Part shown: positions 59,253-64,000 of the stretch, in pieces | Numbering within the stretch: position 1 is the stretch's first letter | Layout of the letters: each line of letters opens with the position of its first letter | NCBI GenBank assembly: GCA_035515355.1 | Contig: DATJBL010000064.1 | Location: 2,269 to 66,268 of the forward strand | Length of the DNA stretch: 64,000 nt | From: Methylocella sp. | Lineage (GTDB): Bacteria; Pseudomonadota; Alphaproteobacteria; Rhizobiales; Beijerinckiaceae | Direction: 5' to 3' | Position numbers and translations under genes: made by a program | The notes under the pieces: generated by a model | What the model was told of the DNA's origin: nothing | Databases searched by the model: none | The model's input: only the letters and a program-made list of their open reading frames with translations

Positions 59253-59311
59253 CCACCAAGCTTAATCAGGAAACGCTCGATTCAGAAAAAGCTAACGTGC
59301 GAGCTTGGTGG
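59253..59311 (+). repeat. 10-bp perfect inverted repeat between the precursor and cyclodehydratase genes (possible processing or attenuation stem)
   Basis: ccaccaagct (59253-59262) ... agcttggtgg (59302-59311), with 39 nt enclosed. Confidence 0.5.
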
Positions 59312-59385
59312 CGGAGGGCTAGCAACCGGAGAATGCGCCTTGCAATGGCGTCCGGAGTTGTGACGAAGGTGCACGTACTGACCTA

Positions 59386-61647
59386 ATGACAGGCGATCAC
59401 GGAAACAGCTTTACGCGGCATAATGGCAAAGACGTTCCGCGGTTCGCGCCGAATTTCACTGTCTATGTGCTACCACCCAATATCGTGTGCCTCTATTCTG
59501 AGGACCGGAAGTTCTTGCTTCACGGCGAGCTTTATTGCGCACTCGCCTCCGCGATAGGTGAGGGTGGAAAGAGCTTTCGGGAACTTGTTCGCGAGCTGGA
59601 ACAGGATTTTCCATCCGACAAAATCCACGAAGCCCTGAAGCGGCTGGTCGACCGACGCTATATTCTTCCAGCATCGCGCTCTTCGAATGGCACTGTTGCC
59701 GCCTATTGGGCGAGCCTCGGCCTGTCGCCGGAGATCGCGGAGCGAAATCTCCAGAAATGTCGGGTGCGCGTTCAATCGATCGACGTGGAGGGAGCAACGG
59801 AACTCGGGGCCGCCCTGAGTTGGCTCGGCGTTCGCGTCGTCAAGCGCTCCCCCGACCTGACGGTGACGTTGGTAAATGATTATCTCGAGGGGCGACTGCC
59901 GGAATTGAACCGGCAGCATTTGTCGGACCGCACGCCCTGGGTGCTCGTCCAACCCTCTGGCATTTTTCCCCTGGTGGGGCCGGTGTTCAGACCGGGGCAG
60001 GGCGCCTGCTGGATGTGTCTTGCCGAACGGATGAAAAGGAACCGGGAGGTCAAGGCGCTCCTTGACCGCAAACAGGCCCGCTGCCTCACCGTTTCCCCTT
60101 TGGCTCGGCGCCCCTTTGGAGAGAGTGCCATCCAACTTGCGGCCGTCGAGGTCGCGAAAGCGATCGCCACCGATTTTCGCACGCAATTGTCTGATCACAT
60201 CATCAGTCTTGATCTGTTGGGCTCGACCATCGTGAAGCACCACGTGGCGGCCCGCCCGCAATGTCCGAGCTGCGGTCACAAGAAGCTGCGCGATCCCCGC
60301 CGTGCACCAGTCCCGGTCGAGCTTGGCGTAGGTGGCAAGGTCGTCATGACGAGCGGGGGATACCGAAGCGTTTCGCCATCGGCCACGGTTTCGCGTTTCC
60401 GCAAGCACGTGAGCCCCTTGACCGGCGTGGTCTCGCACCTCGAGAGGATTCAAGCCGATTTGCCCTTGAACACCAACTACTATGCCAAGCACAATTTTTC
60501 GGGGCTGGCCGAGACGGTCAATGAACTTAGGGTAGGGCTGAGCAGCGGCAGCTTCGGCAAGGGCAGCACCGCCGAGCAGGGGGAAGCTAGCGCCCTCATG
60601 GAGGCGATTGAGCGCTATTCCGGAATCTTTCAGGGCGACGAGATCAGAGCAAAGCGGCGGTTTACCGATTTCTCGTCGGGCGAGGCCATTTCTCCGAACA
60701 AAGTCCTGCTGTTCAGCGAGGCGCAATTGCGGCGAGGCCGGGCGCCGACGCCCGGCTCGGACGATTGGGAGGCGATCCCGGCGCTATTCGATCGATCGGC
60801 TGAAATCGAGTGGTCGCCAGTCTGGTCTTTGCGTGACGAACGCTTCAAATATCTTCCGACCAGCCTGTTGTATTTTTTCTACAGAGGCCCTGCCGCCTTC
60901 GCAGCAGATTCCAACGGCTGTGCGGCCGGCAACACGCTCGAGGAGGCAATCGTCCAGGGATTCCTTGAGCTGGTGGAACGGGATGCATACGCCATCTGGT
61001 GGTACGATCGATCGCAGCGGCCGGAATTGGACCTCGATCAGTTCGACGATTCCTACGTCCGCGATCTGCGAAACAAGCTGGCCGAAACCGGCCGCCGGCT
61101 TTGGGTGCTCGACGTCACCAGCGATCTCGGGATTCCGACATTTGTGGCGATAACGCACTGGATGCAAAACGGGCGCGAAAATATCGAATTCGGTTCCGGC
61201 GCCCATTTCGATGCGCGAATCGCCTTGTTGCGTACATTGACGGAGCTTAATCAGTTTCTATCCCTGGGTCTCATGAGCGGTGGGACTGGGGAGAAATCGA
61301 GCCTTGATGGCATCGCTCCATTGCGCCTGCAGGACCATCCCTATTTGACTCCGAGCGGAAATCCGCTGGTCCGACCGGACTTCGGCTCGAAGTTTGGCCA
61401 TTTCGACACGCGCGAGCAGGTGACGGCCTGCGTGCGCCTCGCCAAGCAAGCGGGCCACGATTTCCTCGTCCTCGATCAGACGCGTCCCGACATCGAGGTT
61501 CCGGTCGTCAGAGTAATCGTTCCAGGATTGCGGCATTTCTATCGCCGTTTCGCGCCTGGCCGGCTTTACAATGTGCCGGTAAAGCTCGGATTGCGTGACC
61601 AGCCGCTCAAAGAAAACGAGCTCAATCCGATTCACCCCCATACTTGA
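59386..61647 (+). CDS. fused TOMM cyclodehydratase: leader-binding (RRE) / E1-like domain plus YcaO domain
   Basis: The N-terminal ~320 aa carry a winged-helix-like segment (LHGELYCALASAIGEGGKSFRELVRELEQDFPSDKIHEALKRLVDRRYIL) and paired CxxC motifs (CWMC ... CPSC). The C-terminal ~420 aa are YcaO-like (GKGSTAEQGEASALMEAIERYSG ... SNGCAAGNTLEEAIVQGFLELVERD ... GIPTFVA). Confidence 0.85.
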   Translation: MTGDHGNSFTRHNGKDVPRFAPNFTVYVLPPNIVCLYSEDRKFLLHGELYCALASAIGEGGKSFRELVRELEQDFPSDKIHEALKRLVDRRYILPASRSSNGTVAAYWASLGLSPEIAERNLQKCRVRVQSIDVEGATELGAALSWLGVRVVKRSPDLTVTLVNDYLEGRLPELNRQHLSDRTPWVLVQPSGIFPLVGPVFRPGQGACWMCLAERMKRNREVKALLDRKQARCLTVSPLARRPFGESAIQLAAVEVAKAIATDFRTQLSDHIISLDLLGSTIVKHHVAARPQCPSCGHKKLRDPRRAPVPVELGVGGKVVMTSGGYRSVSPSATVSRFRKHVSPLTGVVSHLERIQADLPLNTNYYAKHNFSGLAETVNELRVGLSSGSFGKGSTAEQGEASALMEAIERYSGIFQGDEIRAKRRFTDFSSGEAISPNKVLLFSEAQLRRGRAPTPGSDDWEAIPALFDRSAEIEWSPVWSLRDERFKYLPTSLLYFFYRGPAAFAADSNGCAAGNTLEEAIVQGFLELVERDAYAIWWYDRSQRPELDLDQFDDSYVRDLRNKLAETGRRLWVLDVTSDLGIPTFVAITHWMQNGRENIEFGSGAHFDARIALLRTLTELNQFLSLGLMSGGTGEKSSLDGIAPLRLQDHPYLTPSGNPLVRPDFGSKFGHFDTREQVTACVRLAKQAGHDFLVLDQTRPDIEVPVVRVIVPGLRHFYRRFAPGRLYNVPVKLGLRDQPLKENELNPIHPHT

Positions 61648-63121
61648 AGGTGATCTCGGCTTGCGCGCTCCCGAACCAAAGAGAGTGCGTCGGGCCGCGT
61701 CGGCGACCATTTCCGCCCGGCTCGGTGGTCGCGTCACGCTCGAAACGCACGCGACTGGAGAAATCATCGCCTGCTTCGATGGCTATTCGGTCGGCTTGGG
61801 AATGTTCAGCGCCAGCGCGGCGGATCGGGCGCGGGATCTGCGCACGGGTCTTCCACTCGCCTCATTTGTGGGCAGCCGCCGGAACATTGACAAAGAGATT
61901 GATCTTTTGGTCCGGCGATTGGCCAGCCGCGGTCTGTTGGAATACCGCCTTGGGGGCTCGCGCAATGGAGAGGACCTGCTCGTCATCGAACCGCAGGTTC
62001 CCGATTATTGGCCGCGAACGCCGCAGCTCGGCAACTCAGACGCTCTCGTCTTGTCACGGTTCGCGTACCTTCGACGGCGCGGTAACGAGATGGTCCTGGA
62101 ATCGCCGCGCGCCGGCGCCTTGTTCAAAATTTGCGATCCGAAGATTGCGGCCACCTTGGCCATGCTCTCTACTCCGCAACAAATCAAACAGCTGCGTCGG
62201 CTGGATGGTTTTCCAGGGGTCGAGCTTCTTGGCCTGCTCCTTGATTGCCAAATCGTTTTCAAGATCGACGTCGCCGGTGAAAGTGGCCTTCGACCGGCCG
62301 AGGGTGACCACAACCTCGTTCTTTGGGACTTTCACGATCTTCTATTCCACACGCGCAGCACGGAAGGCCGGCACGCCAACCCGCTGGGCGGAGTTTATCC
62401 GTATGCCGGCGTCATTTCTCCGCTGCCGGCGGTGCGGCCCCGCTGGCCCGGAAAAAAAATCGATCTGCGCAAGTTCTTGGCCGCTCATCCAGCGGCAATC
62501 TCGCCGGTCGCAAAGCTTCTGCGGGAGCGTCGTTCGACGCGTAGCTTTGATGACCACCGACCGATCACGCTCGCCGAGCTTTCGGCGTTTCTCGACGGCA
62601 CCGCGCGGGTCCTGTCGACCGCGAGCAGCGAGCCCGGCCACGACGACGGCGGTCACACCGTCAGACCATATCCGTCGGCGGGCGGCAGCTACGAGCTCGA
62701 GCTCTATCTAGCGGTCGACAAATGCGAGGGACTTGCACGAGGCTTCTATCATTACGATGCCAGCGCCCACGCATTGGTACCGATCGGCGTTTCCCCGCAT
62801 GAGCTCGAAGTGCAGTTGATGGGAGGCGAATATTCAACGGGTGCACCCGCTGCGCCCCAGATCTTGATCACGATCGCTGCGCGCTTTGGCCGGATTTCAT
62901 GGAAGTACAGCTCGATCGCCTATTCGCTCATTTTGAAGGACGTCGGTGTATTAATGCAAACGCTCTACCTAATGGCGACCGACATGGGGCTCGGCGGCTG
63001 TGCGATCGGGATCACGAATATCGATCTGTTCTCAAAGATGACGGGGATCGAATTCCATGTCGAGGGCCCTGTCGGTCAATTTGCGATCGGCCGCGGCGTG
63101 AAAACGGGGGCTTCCGACTGA
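61595..63121 (+). CDS. SagB/ThcOx-type FMN-dependent dehydrogenase (azoline oxidase)
   Basis: Nitroreductase-fold motifs LRERRSTRSF, RPYPSAGGSYELELYL, GFYHYDASAHALV and LKDVGVLMQTLYLMATDMGLGGCAIG. GTG 61595 overlaps the YcaO gene end by 53 nt. An alternative GTG lies at 61685. Confidence 0.85.
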   Translation: MTSRSKKTSSIRFTPILEGDLGLRAPEPKRVRRAASATISARLGGRVTLETHATGEIIACFDGYSVGLGMFSASAADRARDLRTGLPLASFVGSRRNIDKEIDLLVRRLASRGLLEYRLGGSRNGEDLLVIEPQVPDYWPRTPQLGNSDALVLSRFAYLRRRGNEMVLESPRAGALFKICDPKIAATLAMLSTPQQIKQLRRLDGFPGVELLGLLLDCQIVFKIDVAGESGLRPAEGDHNLVLWDFHDLLFHTRSTEGRHANPLGGVYPYAGVISPLPAVRPRWPGKKIDLRKFLAAHPAAISPVAKLLRERRSTRSFDDHRPITLAELSAFLDGTARVLSTASSEPGHDDGGHTVRPYPSAGGSYELELYLAVDKCEGLARGFYHYDASAHALVPIGVSPHELEVQLMGGEYSTGAPAAPQILITIAARFGRISWKYSSIAYSLILKDVGVLMQTLYLMATDMGLGGCAIGITNIDLFSKMTGIEFHVEGPVGQFAIGRGVKTGASD

Positions 63122-63199
63122 CAATCGCACAACCTCGGTGTGGCTGGGCAACCGCCAGCCAATCAGCGATGGCGCGGCCAAAAGGCGGGTCAATAGCGG

Positions 63200-64000
63200 T
63201 TAATCTGCAGGGTTCCCGGCTTTGCCAAGACCCCGCGCATCGGAGGGATCGTGCGATGCGTCGCGCACGAAATACCCAATAGCTTTGCGAATGCGCCTAT
63301 CCAGCAGCGCGAATATGGCGCCTTGAGGGTCCGTGCAATGGACGATCCAAGCGCCGCCGGGTACTGCAGTCGGGCCATAGAGAATTTGGCCGCCGCCGGC
63401 CTCCACGCGCTTTGCCGCCGCCTCAATGTTGCCAATGTTGAAATAGTAAAGCCAGAAGGGAAGCGGCAACGTCGGAGGCTTCGTGAACATGCCGCCGATC
63501 GTCTCCCCTCCAGCGGAGAACTGCTGATACGTGCCCATCGCGCCGACTTGGGCATTCGCTTTTTGCCAGCCAAATACCTCGCCGTAGAAAGCGAACGCCT
63601 TCTCCCAGTCGGCGGCGAGCAACTCATGCCAGCCTACACGCCCCGGTGTGCCCAGCGCGGCGGACTTCTCTTGGCCCGGTTTCAGCCCTTTGACCAACGC
63701 AAGCGTTGCCATCTGCGGGTCGGCAACGACCGAAAAGCGGCTGATGTTGGGGACATCCATCGGTGGGACCTGCACCACTCCGCCAAGCTGCTTAGTCCGG
63801 TCGACGGCAGCGTCCACGTCGTCGACTCCGACATATCCAACCCAGTGCGGCATCACGCCCGTTCTCCTCGCGTCCTCCGGCAGGTTCATCAGCCCGGTGA
63901 CGGGAGTGTCTCCAACGGTAAACAGGCTATAAGTGAAGCCAGGCATCGAGGCATCGCGCGTACCCCAGCCCACGAGATTGGCGTAGAAGGCCTTGGCGGC
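63200..64000 (-). CDS. two-domain VOC (glyoxalase / bleomycin-resistance fold) family protein; 5' end beyond the window
   Basis: The frame stays open to base 64000 (... AAKAFYANLVGWGTRDASMPGFTYSLF ...). Two repeated halves each carry a W-x-E/H ... FY ... FGW pattern typical of VOC proteins. Confidence 0.8.
   Translation of the reverse strand, partial: AAKAFYANLVGWGTRDASMPGFTYSLFTVGDTPVTGLMNLPEDARRTGVMPHWVGYVGVDDVDAAVDRTKQLGGVVQVPPMDVPNISRFSVVADPQMATLALVKGLKPGQEKSAALGTPGRVGWHELLAADWEKAFAFYGEVFGWQKANAQVGAMGTYQQFSAGGETIGGMFTKPPTLPLPFWLYYFNIGNIEAAAKRVEAGGGQILYGPTAVPGGAWIVHCTDPQGAIFALLDRRIRKAIGYFVRDASHDPSDARGLGKAGNPAD

Noticed and set aside
59470-60726. 418-aa minus-strand ORF across the cyclodehydratase gene
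   Set aside because: The plus-strand frame carries recognisable RRE/E1-like and YcaO motifs. The antisense product has no recognisable features.
61644-62711. 355-aa alternative-frame ORF (MKVISACAL...) starting at the cyclodehydratase stop
   Set aside because: It is tempting because it starts right at the YcaO stop. However, the other frame (61595..63121) continues into clear SagB/nitroreductase motifs, while this frame is Arg/Ser/Ala-rich and featureless and ends before those motifs.

Overview
This is a 64-kb chromosomal window from a high-GC alphaproteobacterium. Gene content looks Hyphomicrobiales/Rhizobiales-like: hdaA, minCDE, metZ, an Irr/ICE-type box, a 404-aa NADP-IDH, and an mdtABC-type operon with a NodT-type outer-membrane factor. 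About 55 kb is ordinary housekeeping. It covers cell division (minCDE), purine and nucleotide genes (purMN, ndk, prs, a dCTP-deaminase-like gene), and a rubrerythrin / CCG Fe-S / DUF3501 operon. It also holds RNase P RNA, a 4-gene RND efflux operon, icd, metZ, trxA, queED, a cytochrome bd operon (cydP-A-B-X), aldehyde dehydrogenase plus DUF779, and an amino-sugar recycling cluster (nagA, a SIS-domain gene, murQ). The right-hand end is different. An AT-richer stretch with orphan small ORFs (56.8-58.65 kb) is followed by a compact three-gene thiazole/oxazole RiPP (TOMM-type) locus at 58.65-63.1 kb. That locus encodes a 166-aa precursor with an extremely Cys/Gly-rich 76-aa C-terminus, a fused E1-like/YcaO cyclodehydratase, and a SagB-type dehydrogenase. 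This is my best candidate for an undescribed system. The second most interesting object is a ~1,770-aa membrane-anchored protein with 17-18 perfectly in-register 22-residue (apolipoprotein-like) repeats, possibly a GPR/RgsE-type polar-growth protein. Several features are missing from or hidden in the ORF track: rnpB lies under spurious ORFs, cydX is only 44 aa, cydP sits inside a longer listed ORF, and a 45-aa TM peptide is unlisted. I recognised no CRISPR array, tRNA, rRNA, transposase or integrase by eye. All family assignments come from motif recognition by reading; no database search was run. Start codons were chosen by Shine-Dalgarno spacing or family-typical N-termini and may be off by a few codons.
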